A stretch of 64,000 nt of DNA, taken from Terriglobia bacterium (GTDB lineage: Bacteria; Acidobacteriota; Polarisedimenticolia; Polarisedimenticolales; JAIQFR01). The stretch is from positions 768,001 through 832,000 of the forward strand of contig CAVVHE010000004.1 in assembly GCA_963748015.1 (NCBI GenBank), read 5' to 3'. A model generated the notes under the pieces. The model saw only the letters and a program-made list of their open reading frames with translations. It ran no database searches and was not told the origin of the DNA. The translations under genes were made by a program, and so were the position numbers. Of this stretch, positions 1 through 9,217 are shown piece by piece. Each line of letters begins with the position of its first letter. Positions within the stretch are counted from its first letter, which is position 1.

Positions 1-538
1 CAACACGCGGGCGGAGCGGCGCTCGATGATCCGGCGGGCGATCGGGATCGCGTTCGTCGTGCTGGCGTTCTTCGCGGTCGTCGGGAAGTACGTTCTCGAC
101 TACTTCAGCGTCAGCATCGCCGCGGTGAGGATCGCGGGCGGGATCCTCCTCTTCGCGATCGGCCTGGAGATGCTCTACGGGCGGATCTCGCGGACAGAGA
201 CCACCGAGCCGGAGGAGGCCGAGGCCGCGCAGAAGGAGGACGTCAGCGTCACGCCGCTCGCGATCCCGTTCCTCGCCGGGCCCGGTGGGATCGCGGCGGC
301 GGTGCTCTTCTCCGGGACCTCCGAGGGGATGGGCGGCGCGCTGATGGTCATCGGGGCGCTCGTGATCGTGATGCTCGCGAGTTGGCTGGTGCTCAGCCTG
401 ACCGACGAGACGCTCAGGGTGCTCGGCCAGATCGGCGTGAAGGTGATCGCCCGGGTCATGGGCCTGCTTCTGCTCTTCGTGGCGACGCAGTTCGTGGTCG
501 ACGGAATCCGGGCCACCGGGGTACTGGCGGGCAGGTAG
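1..538 (+). CDS. MarC family inner-membrane protein (probably 5'-truncated by the window edge)
   Basis: Hydrophobic ORF with MarC hallmarks 'RIAGGILLF', 'PLAIPFLAGPG', 'RVMGLLL'; the frame is open back to the window edge. Confidence 0.85.
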   Translation, partial: NTRAERRSMIRRAIGIAFVVLAFFAVVGKYVLDYFSVSIAAVRIAGGILLFAIGLEMLYGRISRTETTEPEEAEAAQKEDVSVTPLAIPFLAGPGGIAAAVLFSGTSEGMGGALMVIGALVIVMLASWLVLSLTDETLRVLGQIGVKVIARVMGLLLLFVATQFVVDGIRATGVLAGR

Positions 539-574
539 CCTGTCTCCGCCTCTCGACCGCGCAGGCCGTTCGAA

Positions 575-847
575 TCAGCGATTTCCCTTCGGCAGGACCA
601 CGGTGGTCGGCGCGTGGCCGTGGGTCGCCTCGTGCTGCGTGGGGGAGGGTCCCTGCGCCGTGGCCCCCGGCTGCGCTCCTTCTCCCGCGACCTCCACCTC
701 GCCGGACTCGATCAGGCGGCGAACGGTCGGCTCGCCTGCCGCCTCGTCGGAGATCTGTCCGGTCCGGGCCGGGCCGAGGTGCAGTACCTTCCCGCCATGA
801 AGTCGGATCTTGAGAGGCCGCTGAGTCTTGTTCACGATCGTCTTCAT
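575..847 (-). CDS. Small hypothetical protein (90 aa, MKTIVNKTQRPLKIRLHGGKVLHLGP...)
   Basis: C-terminal part of ORF 575..1351 from the ATG at 847; globular-looking composition; directly downstream of mntP on the same strand. Confidence 0.65.
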   Translation of the reverse strand: MKTIVNKTQRPLKIRLHGGKVLHLGPARTGQISDEAAGEPTVRRLIESGEVEVAGEGAQPGATAQGPSPTQHEATHGHAPTTVVLPKGNR

Positions 848-918
848 CACGCACCCCGTTTGTGGTTCCGCGAGCGATTGTACACGCTCGGAGGCCGGAA
901 GGGGGAGAGTCGCCGGGG

Positions 919-1464
919 TCAGGGGAAGAGCATCCGAACGCCGAGCACGAGGAGGACGAGGCCGCCGAGCGCCCCCGCGAAGCGGCCCGCGGCCCGTTGG
1001 ACCCGCGCACCGAGGAGCATGCCGGCGAGGGTCGCGAGACCCGCGGTGACGCCGATGATCAGGCAGGACCGCAACAGGCTGGCGCTGACCAGGGCGAGGC
1101 CGATGCCGGCGCCGAGCGCATCGATGCTCGTCGCGAGCGAGAGCCCGACGAGGCTGAGCCCTCGCGTCGGGTCCCCTCGTCCGGCCGCGGCCTCGTCGGA
1201 TCGGGAGCTTTCCCAGAGCATCCGGACGCCGAGAGCGGCAAGTACGGCGAACGCGAGGTAGTGGTCCGCGCCTCGCGCCAGCTCGTGGATCGCCTTGCCT
1301 CCCGCCGCGCCGACGAACGGCATCAGGGCCTGGAAGATACCGAAGTGCCATGAAAGGCGGAAGAGCTGCCTCGGCCCCGAGTACCGCAGTCCGACGCCGA
1401 GCGCCACGGAGAACGCGTCGGCGCTGAGAGCGAGCGCCAGGAGAAGGACTTCGAAGAGCGTCAT
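919..1464 (-). CDS. mntP: Manganese efflux pump MntP family protein
   Basis: 'ALALSADAFSVA', 'FGIFQALMP' and 'LATSIDAL' motifs; about 6 TM segments. Confidence 0.9.
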   Translation of the reverse strand: MTLFEVLLLALALSADAFSVALGVGLRYSGPRQLFRLSWHFGIFQALMPFVGAAGGKAIHELARGADHYLAFAVLAALGVRMLWESSRSDEAAAGRGDPTRGLSLVGLSLATSIDALGAGIGLALVSASLLRSCLIIGVTAGLATLAGMLLGARVQRAAGRFAGALGGLVLLVLGVRMLFP

Positions 1465-1660
1465 GGCCGCTTCCGCTCGGCGGACCGGGGGTCGCCGGAG
1501 CCGCCTACCTTAACCGCTCGGATCCCCAGGATCCACCCCGGACGAGTTTGCGCGATGTAGACCGCCGAGGGATCATGACTACGGTACGGGGGCATGTGGG
1601 TTACCGCATTTCCGGCGCCGCCGCGCGGCGCAGGGGGAGCGGGCCCCATGGAGGCGTTCG

Positions 1661-3124
1661 ATGCGCACAAGTCCCCCCGCGCCTTCGGCCCTGGCGGAGT
1701 CTGGACGGCCAGGCGAGTCTCGGGTCGCATCCGGAAAACCGCTCGACCTCCTACGCTACTTCACCAGCTCGGCGCTCGCCGTCATCCTCGTGACGACCGC
1801 CGCCCTCGCAAGCGCGTCCGCGTGGCTCGTTCACCGGTCGTTCCTCGACATCGAGAGGGACGAAGCGGACAGCATCGCCGAGGAGCTCGTATCAGACCTC
1901 CGGGCCGCCGGGTACGGCCTCGAGCGCTGGGGCACGGCGAGCGTGCCCGGTGCCGTGCGCGACACGACGCTGGGGCAAATGCGGAACTTCGGGCTCACGG
2001 AGCTCACCCTCTACTCTCTCGCCGGAGGCGCGCTCGAGGATTTCGCCACGGAGAGCGCCGGGACGAGGCCGTTCTGGCGGGAAGGCTTCGATAGAGCGGG
2101 GTCCGGGGAGACGACGCTGCGCTGGGAGAGAACCTACGGCGGCGGTATCCCATGGTTCAGGGCTGCGGGAGGAGGCTTCGTCGAGAGCTACACCCCCGTC
2201 CGGGACCGCGGCGGGATCGTCGCCGTGGCGAGGGTGCGGCGGAACGAGGCACCGAATCTGGCGAAGGCGGAAGAGGCGCTACCGCTGCTGATCGGGTGCG
2301 CGTTCGCCTCCGGGCTCCTGGTCTTCGGCGCCCTCTGGCTGCTCGTCTTCAAGGCGGACCGTATCCTCCGGAGGCAGTACCGCGACATCCTCGAAGCGCA
2401 GTCGGCGCTGGCCCGGCAGAACACCCTGCTGGCCGCGCTGAACCGGCGGAAGGACGAGTTCTACGCGATGTGCAGCCACGACCTGAGGACCCCGCTGATT
2501 TCCGTCCAGGCGGGCTGCCGGCTGCTTCTCGCGGAGGAAGGAAGCTCGGCGAGGCGCCGCGACGTGATCGTCGAGAACCTGCGCAACGCCTCGGTCGTTC
2601 TCGATCTTGTCGACAACCTGCTCGACCTCGCGCGTATCGAGGACCGGGAGGACAGGCTGGACTCCGCGAGCCTCGACCTCCGGAGAATCGTCGAAGGGGT
2701 CGTGGCGGCCAACCGGTCGTATGCCGAGAGCCGGGGCGTGTGGCTCGAGCTCGAGACCCCGGGCGAATGCGTGCTCGTGAACGGGGACCGCCTCAAGCTC
2801 GTCCGGATCCTGAACAACCTGGTCTCGAACGCGATCAAGCACGCCGAAGGCAAGCCGGTGACGGTAGCGCTCGAGCAGTCGGCTTCAGGCCCGCGGATCC
2901 TGGTCCGGGACCGGGGCGCAGGCCTGCGGCCCGAGGTCCGCGCCGACCTCATGGCCGGCCGGGACCCCGCGCGCCCCCTCGGCGCCGGAGGCGGCGAGGA
3001 CAGTCACGGGCTCGGTCTTTCCATCGTGCGGCGACTGGTGAACTTGCACGGGGGCCGGCTTCACGTTCGCGCGAATCGAGACGCGGGGACGGTGTTCGTG
3101 GTGGAGCTCCCGCCGGCGGCTTGA
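1661..3124 (+). CDS. Membrane sensor histidine kinase (HisKA + HATPase_c)
   Basis: Two TM segments, H-box 'SHDLRTP', N-box 'NLVSNAIKH', G1 'DRGAG', G2 'GLGLSI'; start uncertain. Confidence 0.9.
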   Translation: MRTSPPAPSALAESGRPGESRVASGKPLDLLRYFTSSALAVILVTTAALASASAWLVHRSFLDIERDEADSIAEELVSDLRAAGYGLERWGTASVPGAVRDTTLGQMRNFGLTELTLYSLAGGALEDFATESAGTRPFWREGFDRAGSGETTLRWERTYGGGIPWFRAAGGGFVESYTPVRDRGGIVAVARVRRNEAPNLAKAEEALPLLIGCAFASGLLVFGALWLLVFKADRILRRQYRDILEAQSALARQNTLLAALNRRKDEFYAMCSHDLRTPLISVQAGCRLLLAEEGSSARRRDVIVENLRNASVVLDLVDNLLDLARIEDREDRLDSASLDLRRIVEGVVAANRSYAESRGVWLELETPGECVLVNGDRLKLVRILNNLVSNAIKHAEGKPVTVALEQSASGPRILVRDRGAGLRPEVRADLMAGRDPARPLGAGGGEDSHGLGLSIVRRLVNLHGGRLHVRANRDAGTVFVVELPPAA

Positions 3125-3261
3125 CGCGCGAAACGGCCGATAGGGCTTTCCGTTCCGATCCCCTTCTGGTACAACATGCGCTCGCGTAGCCGGCGGCCGG
3201 CGGGCGGGGGCAGCGGGGACGGTCCGGGCCGGTTCCGGTCCGGAAAGGGGGAGCGGGGACG

Positions 3262-4434
3262 ATGCACCACCACTTGACGGAAGAGCAGCGGACGATCCAG
3301 GAGCTCGCGCGGAAGATCGCCGAGGAAAAGGTACGTCCGGTCCGGCAAAAGTACGACGAGGAGTCCATCTTCCCCTGGGACATCGTGCGGGAAATGGCCA
3401 AGGTGGACCTTTTCCGGGTCTTCATCCCCGCCGCCTACGACGGCCTCGTCGAGGACGGGCAGGGGATCGTCAACATGTGCATCGTCACCGAGGAGATCTC
3501 GAAGGTCTGCGCGGGGATCGCGCTGGCGTTCGCCGGGACGGGACTCGGCTCGTTCCCCATTCTCCTGTTCGGCTCGGAGGAGCAGAAGCGGCGCTTTCTT
3601 CCCGACATCGCCGCCGGGAAGCGGCTCGCCGCGTTCGGCCTCACGGAGCCGATGGCGGGATCCGACGCCGGCGCGATCAGGATGACGGCGCGCCGCGACG
3701 GCGACCACTATGTGCTGAACGGGACGAAGATCTTCATCACGAACGGGGGAGAGGCCGACATCTACACCGTCGTGGCGCTCACGAACCCCGAGAAGGGCGC
3801 GCGCGGCGCCTCGGCGTTCGTCGTGGAGAAGGGAACTCCCGGCTTCGAGTTCGGCAAGAAGGAAAGCAAGATGGGGATTCACGCGAGCGCCACGCGGGAG
3901 CTGGTGTTCGACAACGCGCGGGTCCCGGCCGAGAATCTCCTGGCGAAGGAAGGGATGGGATTCGTCGTCGCGATGAAGACCTTCGACATCTCGCGCCCGG
4001 GGGTCGCCGCGCAGGCGCTGGGGATCGCCGAGGGGGCGATGGCGGAAACTCTCCGGTACGTCCACCAGAGGCACCAGTTCGGCAAGAGCGTTCTCGCGTT
4101 CCAGGGGATCCAGTGGATGCTCGCGGACATGGCCACGCAGATCGAGGCGTCCCGGGCGCTGATCTACCAGGTCGCCGACATGATCGACCACGGCGAGATG
4201 AAGGACATCGCGTACCTCTCGGCGATGGCGAAGGTCTTCGCCTCCGACGTCGCGATGAAGGTCACGACCGACGCGGTGCAGATCTTCGGGGGATACGGGT
4301 ACATGACGGAATACCCGGTCGAGAAGATGATGCGCGACGCCAAGATCACCCAGATCTACGAGGGGACCAACCAGATCCAGCGCAACGTGATCGGCGCCCG
4401 CCTCATCCGCGAAGCCGCGCGGATCTCCGGCTAG
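3262..4434 (+). CDS. Acyl-CoA dehydrogenase (short/branched-chain type)
   Basis: 'FGLTEPMAGSD', 'LNGTKIFITNG', 'QIFGGYGY', 'IYEGTNQIQR'. Confidence 0.95.
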   Translation: MHHHLTEEQRTIQELARKIAEEKVRPVRQKYDEESIFPWDIVREMAKVDLFRVFIPAAYDGLVEDGQGIVNMCIVTEEISKVCAGIALAFAGTGLGSFPILLFGSEEQKRRFLPDIAAGKRLAAFGLTEPMAGSDAGAIRMTARRDGDHYVLNGTKIFITNGGEADIYTVVALTNPEKGARGASAFVVEKGTPGFEFGKKESKMGIHASATRELVFDNARVPAENLLAKEGMGFVVAMKTFDISRPGVAAQALGIAEGAMAETLRYVHQRHQFGKSVLAFQGIQWMLADMATQIEASRALIYQVADMIDHGEMKDIAYLSAMAKVFASDVAMKVTTDAVQIFGGYGYMTEYPVEKMMRDAKITQIYEGTNQIQRNVIGARLIREAARISG

Positions 4435-4443
4435 GAGCCCGCC

Positions 4444-5088
4444 TTGGACCTGCTCGCCCGCATCTTCGATTTCGTCCTGCACATCGACGTCCACCTCGAC
4501 CAGCTCATCCGGTCGTACGGGGCGTGGACCCACCTGATCCTGTTCGCGATCGTCTTCTGCGAGACGGGCCTCGTGGTGACCCCGATCCTCCCGGGCGATT
4601 CGCTCCTGTTCGCCGTCGGCACCTTCTCGGCGCGGGGCTCTCTCGACCTGACGCTCGCGCTGGTGCTGCTGACGGTTGCCGCGATCCTGGGCGACACGGT
4701 GAACTACTGGATCGGCCACCTCGTGGGCCCGAAGGTCTTCCACCGGGACGACGTGCGCTTCCTGAACAGGAAGCACCTCGAACGGACGCACCAGTTCTAC
4801 GAGAAGTACGGCGGGAAGACGATCATCATCGCGAGGTTCGTGCCGATCGTCCGGACGTTCGCGCCGTTCGTCGCGGGCGTCGGGGCGATGTCCTACGGCC
4901 GCTTCCTGCTGTACAACGTGGTCGGCGGTGTCCTCTGGATCTTCCTGTTCGTGCTCGGCGGGTACTTCTTCGGCAACATCCCGATCGTCCGCAGGAACTT
5001 CACGCTCGTCATCCTGGCGATCATCGTGCTCTCGATCATGCCGGCCGTGTTCGAGTACCTGCGGCACCGGAGGCAGTCGCGGGCGTGA
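4444..5088 (+). CDS. dedA: DedA family membrane protein
   Basis: '[19 protein letters not shown]', '[16 protein letters not shown]'; TTG start after a GGAG RBS. Confidence 0.92.
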   Translation: MDLLARIFDFVLHIDVHLDQLIRSYGAWTHLILFAIVFCETGLVVTPILPGDSLLFAVGTFSARGSLDLTLALVLLTVAAILGDTVNYWIGHLVGPKVFHRDDVRFLNRKHLERTHQFYEKYGGKTIIIARFVPIVRTFAPFVAGVGAMSYGRFLLYNVVGGVLWIFLFVLGGYFFGNIPIVRRNFTLVILAIIVLSIMPAVFEYLRHRRQSRA

Positions 5089-5365
5089 GCCGCGGGATTC
5101 TCGCGATCCCAAGGCCGTTCAGCTGCCGGTAGGTGGCAACCGGACGACGATCCTCCCGGTCCGGATCCGGTGGAAGGAGATCGTCATCCGAGGATCTCGA
5201 TGCGCTGGCGTCCGTTCCACCTAGCGCTTGAAGGTGCGCCCCCGATTTGCTAGCTTTCGGAGTGCATCGTCCCGGTCCCGATCGCCGAAGCCGGGTGCGG
5301 CGGGGGACCTGCTCGTGGGACGACGGCGGGGCGCCACCGGAGCCCCGCCGCCGGGAAGGAGATGA

Positions 5366-7396
5366 GTGCCCTCTGATCCCGTCTCGAGCGAGGAACCGCT
5401 CCGCGGCGAGAGTTTCCTGCGCGGACTGAAGAGGGCGGTCGTCGGGAACCCGAAGGACCCGCGGGATCCCGACGTATTCCACAAGATCTCGCTGATGGCG
5501 TTCCTGGCCTGGGTGGGCCTGGGCGCCGACGGATTGTCCTCGTCGTCGTACGGGCCGGACGAGGCCTTCCGCGCTCTCGCCGGGCACGAGTACCTTGCTT
5601 TCTACCTCGCGCTGATGACCGCCCTGACGGTGGCGATCATCTCGTACTGCTACAGCCTGGTCGTCGAGCATTTCCCGGGCGGAGGCGGTGGCTACGTCGT
5701 CGCCACGAAGCTCCTCGGTCCCATCCCGGGAGTCGTTTCCGGCTCCGCGCTGGTCGTGGACTACGTGCTCACCGTCACCGTCTCGGTCTGCTCCGGAGTG
5801 GATGCCCTTCTGAGCTTCCTGCCTCTTTCCTGGCACGCGGCCAGGGTGCCGATCGACCTCGTGATCGTGCTTCTCCTTCTGGTGCTGAACCTCCGGGGGA
5901 TCAAGGAGTCGATCAAGGTCCTGCTTCCGATCTTCCTCGTGTTCCTCGCGACCCACCTGCTCCTGATCGTGTATGGCGTGCTCGCCCACGCGGGCGCGTT
6001 CGCGGAGGTGGTAGGCCGGGTACACACGGAGACGTCGCGGGACGTCGGAGCCCTCGGCGTCTGGGCGGTGCTGCTGCTGCTATTCCGGGCCTATTCCATG
6101 GGGGCGGGGACCTACACGGGAATCGAGGCGGTGTCGAACGGCATGCAGATCCTGCGCGAGCCGCGGGTCGCGACCGCTCGCCGCACCATGCTGTACATGG
6201 CGCTCTCCCTGGCCTTCACCGCCGGCGGCATCCTAATCTGCTACCTGCTGTGGCAGGCTGCCCCCGAGACGGGCAAGACGATGAACGCCGTGCTCCTCGA
6301 TAGGGTGCTGGGCTCGTGGCACATCGGGGGGTGGGGTATCGGGGGCTGGCTCGTGGTCATAACGCTCGCCTCGGAGGGAGCGCTCCTGTTCGTTGCCGCG
6401 CAGACGGGCTTCATCGACGGCCCGCGCATTCTCTCGAACATGGCACTCGACTCGTGGGTCCCCCACAAGTTCGCCAACCTCTCCGAACGCCTCGTGACCC
6501 AGAACGGCGTGGTCCTCATGGCGGCGGCTTCGGCGATCCTGGTCGTTTACACCCGGGGGAGCGTCGCGTTCCTCGTGGTCCTGTATTCGATCAACGTGTT
6601 CCTGACGTTCAGCCTGACTCAGTTGAGCATGGTGCGGCTGTGGATCCGGGAGCGCGGCGGGCACCCGCACTGGCGCCGCAACCTCTTCGCCAATGCGCTG
6701 GGGTTCCTGCTCTGCGCGACCGTTCTCGTCGTCGTCACGCTCGAGAAATTCAAGGAGGGTGGGTGGCTGACCTTCGCCATCACATCGACCTTCATCGGCG
6801 CTTGCTTCCTCGTCCAGCGACACTACTCGGCGGTGCGCCGCGAGATCGCGAAGCTCGACGAGGTCCTGGCCGAGCTTCCCGCCGAGCGGGAGCCCGCGGG
6901 CCCGCAGAAGCCCGAGGCGGACCAGCCCGTCGCGGCGCTCCTGGTCTCCGGATACGGAGGGCTCGGCGTCCACTCGCTCCTCTCGGTGCAGCAGCTGTTC
7001 CCCGGGTACTACAAGGGGATCGTGTTCCTCTCCGTGGGTCGAGTGGACTCGGGCGCGTTCAAGGGGACGGCGGAAGTGGAAGGGCTCGTCAAGAACACCG
7101 AGGAAAACCTGGATCGCTACGTCCGAATGGCCCGCAGCCTCGGCCTCAAGGCGGATGCGATGTACCGGATTGGGACGGACGTGGTCCGGGACTCCGAGGG
7201 GCTCTGCCAGGAGGTGAAGGCACTCTATCCCAGGGCGGTCTTCTTCCTCGGCAAACTAGTGTTCGCCCAGGACCGGTTCAGTCACAGTTTTCTCCACAAC
7301 GACACCGCGAACTCGATCCAGCGGCGGTTGCAGTTCGGCGGCCTCCAGACGATCATCCTCCCGATCCGCATCCGTCTCTCGAGAGGTTATCGCTGA
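5366..7396 (+). CDS. APC-family permease, YdaO/KimA-like (possible K+ transporter)
   Basis: 'ADGLSSSSYGP', 'GGGGYVV', 'YTGIEAVSNG', 'LYSINVF'; about 12 TMs plus a C-terminal cytoplasmic domain. Confidence 0.8.
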   Translation: MPSDPVSSEEPLRGESFLRGLKRAVVGNPKDPRDPDVFHKISLMAFLAWVGLGADGLSSSSYGPDEAFRALAGHEYLAFYLALMTALTVAIISYCYSLVVEHFPGGGGGYVVATKLLGPIPGVVSGSALVVDYVLTVTVSVCSGVDALLSFLPLSWHAARVPIDLVIVLLLLVLNLRGIKESIKVLLPIFLVFLATHLLLIVYGVLAHAGAFAEVVGRVHTETSRDVGALGVWAVLLLLFRAYSMGAGTYTGIEAVSNGMQILREPRVATARRTMLYMALSLAFTAGGILICYLLWQAAPETGKTMNAVLLDRVLGSWHIGGWGIGGWLVVITLASEGALLFVAAQTGFIDGPRILSNMALDSWVPHKFANLSERLVTQNGVVLMAAASAILVVYTRGSVAFLVVLYSINVFLTFSLTQLSMVRLWIRERGGHPHWRRNLFANALGFLLCATVLVVVTLEKFKEGGWLTFAITSTFIGACFLVQRHYSAVRREIAKLDEVLAELPAEREPAGPQKPEADQPVAALLVSGYGGLGVHSLLSVQQLFPGYYKGIVFLSVGRVDSGAFKGTAEVEGLVKNTEENLDRYVRMARSLGLKADAMYRIGTDVVRDSEGLCQEVKALYPRAVFFLGKLVFAQDRFSHSFLHNDTANSIQRRLQFGGLQTIILPIRIRLSRGYR

Positions 7397-7415
7397 CCGG
7401 GTCGAAGGAACGCTC

Positions 7416-8552
7416 ATGAGCGGGAAGGGTACGGCGGAGGGTGGGGCGGGGCGCCCCGACGAAAGCCTCCCGCGGGTCGTCCTCGACGATTTCCGCTCCG
7501 GGAGGATAGGCCGGGGGCTACGGGAAGACTTTCGCGAGCTCTACCGGTTCTACTTCACCGAGGAAGAGCGGGAGAAGCTCGCCCGCAGGGGTCCTGTCGG
7601 CCGCTTCTTCCACGTGACATGGAACCTGATGCTGGCCCTGATCGTCCGCCTTTCTCCCGTGCGGCGCGCGATGCTCCTCCTCTCCCTGCTCTTCGCGCTC
7701 TTCGGCACCGCGAACTACAAGGTGGGCGTGCTCTCGATCCGACTTTCCATGTCGCCGGTCGCCTACGTGCTGGTTCTCCTCGTCCTGCTCCTCGAGTTGA
7801 AGGACAAGCTCCTCGCCCGCGACGAGATCGCCGTCGCGCGGCAGGTGCAGCTGGCTCTGCTGCCCCGGGACCAGCCCGCTCTGCGCGGTTGGTCGCTCTG
7901 GTGCTCCACGCGCCCCGCGAACGACGTCGGGGGCGACCTCGTGGACCACCTTCCCCTGACCGGCGGCGACCTCGGCGTGGTCCTCGGAGACGTGGCGGGC
8001 AAGGGGCTCGGGGCGGCGCTGCTCTGCGCGAAGCTGCAGGCTTCCCTCCGCGCGGTGATCCCGGAGTGCCGTTCGCTCGCCGACCTCGGCGCGCGGCTCA
8101 ACGACATCCTCCACCGGGACGGCATCGAGAACCGCTATGCCACGCTCTTCTACGCGGAGATCGTGCCGGACGCGGGGAGGCTCCGGTTCCTGAACGCCGG
8201 GCACAACGCGGCCCTGGTCTTCCGGCGTGCGGGCATCGAGCGTCTCGGAGCGTCCGCGCCGCCGCTGGGGATGTTCGAGGGGACCTCGTACCGGGAGGAG
8301 GTCCTCGATCTCGAGCCGGGCGACCTCGTCGTCGCCTTCTCCGACGGCCTCTCCGAGGCGACGAACGACCGCGAGGAGGAGTTCGGCCAGGCCCGCATCG
8401 AGACGCTCGCCGCGTCGCTGCGAGGCCGGCCCGCGGCGGAGGCGGGAGAGCGCATCCTGCGCGAGGCCGACCGGTTCCTCGGCGACCGGAGGCCCCACGA
8501 CGACCTCTCGCTGTTCGTGCTCTCCCGCGTTGCCGGGGGGCGGGATTCCTGA
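7416..8552 (+). CDS. Membrane-anchored SpoIIE/RsbU-type PP2C Ser/Thr phosphatase
   Basis: 'VGGDLVD', 'GDVAGKG', 'NAGH', 'SDGLSEA', 'DDLS'; N-terminal TM segments. Confidence 0.9.
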   Translation: MSGKGTAEGGAGRPDESLPRVVLDDFRSGRIGRGLREDFRELYRFYFTEEEREKLARRGPVGRFFHVTWNLMLALIVRLSPVRRAMLLLSLLFALFGTANYKVGVLSIRLSMSPVAYVLVLLVLLLELKDKLLARDEIAVARQVQLALLPRDQPALRGWSLWCSTRPANDVGGDLVDHLPLTGGDLGVVLGDVAGKGLGAALLCAKLQASLRAVIPECRSLADLGARLNDILHRDGIENRYATLFYAEIVPDAGRLRFLNAGHNAALVFRRAGIERLGASAPPLGMFEGTSYREEVLDLEPGDLVVAFSDGLSEATNDREEEFGQARIETLAASLRGRPAAEAGERILREADRFLGDRRPHDDLSLFVLSRVAGGRDS

Positions 8553-8577
8553 CCCGCCGCCTGCCGGTGCCGTCGTC

Positions 8578-9138
8578 TTACTTGTGGCCGAGCAGTCCCT
8601 CGCGGAGAGCCGTGTTGGGTGGGTTCGGCCCGAGCCAGATGGAGAAGAGCACCTTCGCGAAATCGGCGCCCGGGATGGTCGCCGCGCCGTTCCCGTTCAC
8701 CTCGACGACGACGCCGCGCTCCGGGATCGACGAGAAGGCGAGCACGTCCTTCTCGCGGAGGTCGGGCATCGCCCGGTTCAGGGTTTCGAGCCGGTCCTTG
8801 AGCGAGGGCAGGGCCGCGCCGGCGTTCTTCTCGAACCCTTCGGTCCAGGCTTTCACGATGTCGTCCCGGCCCACGTTGCGCACGAAGCGGAGCTCGATCT
8901 TCCGCACGCCCTCGGAAGCCAGGATCTCGCCCGCGTCGGCGTTCTTCTTCTCGAGGTAGAGCCCCGCAACGTAGACCTTGGCGATCCCGTAGGCCTTTCG
9001 CAGGCCCAGGCCGTTCAGGACCAGCCCCTTCCCCTCGAGCGTGATCTGGTCGGGGAACGTCACCCCCGAAAGCTCGCCGGCGAGCGCCGGTAGGGCGATG
9101 CACGCGATCAGGCCGACGAACAGAGCGGTCCTTCTCAT
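8578..9138 (-). CDS. Exported chalcone-isomerase-like protein
   Basis: Signal peptide, 'LVLNGLGLRK...KVYVAGLYL', C-terminal 'FSIWLG.NP...LREGLLG'; ATG at 9138 with RBS. Confidence 0.85.
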   Translation of the reverse strand: MRRTALFVGLIACIALPALAGELSGVTFPDQITLEGKGLVLNGLGLRKAYGIAKVYVAGLYLEKKNADAGEILASEGVRKIELRFVRNVGRDDIVKAWTEGFEKNAGAALPSLKDRLETLNRAMPDLREKDVLAFSSIPERGVVVEVNGNGAATIPGADFAKVLFSIWLGPNPPNTALREGLLGHK

Positions 9139-9217
9139 GGTTTCCCCCCGGTTGCGACGAATCCGTTTCATGCTACCACGCGCACGTGTCGTCATCGCGG
9201 TCCGATGGGACCGCGGG

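Noticed and set aside
1465..1660. yybP-ykoY manganese riboswitch upstream of mntP
   Set aside because: The conserved GGGGAGUA and GAGACC-type elements could not be found on the minus strand
7416..8552. SpoIIE phosphatase as the T6SS PppA
   Set aside because: RsbU/SpoIIE-type, follows the permease, and is separated from the kinase by unrelated genes; no evidence of linkage
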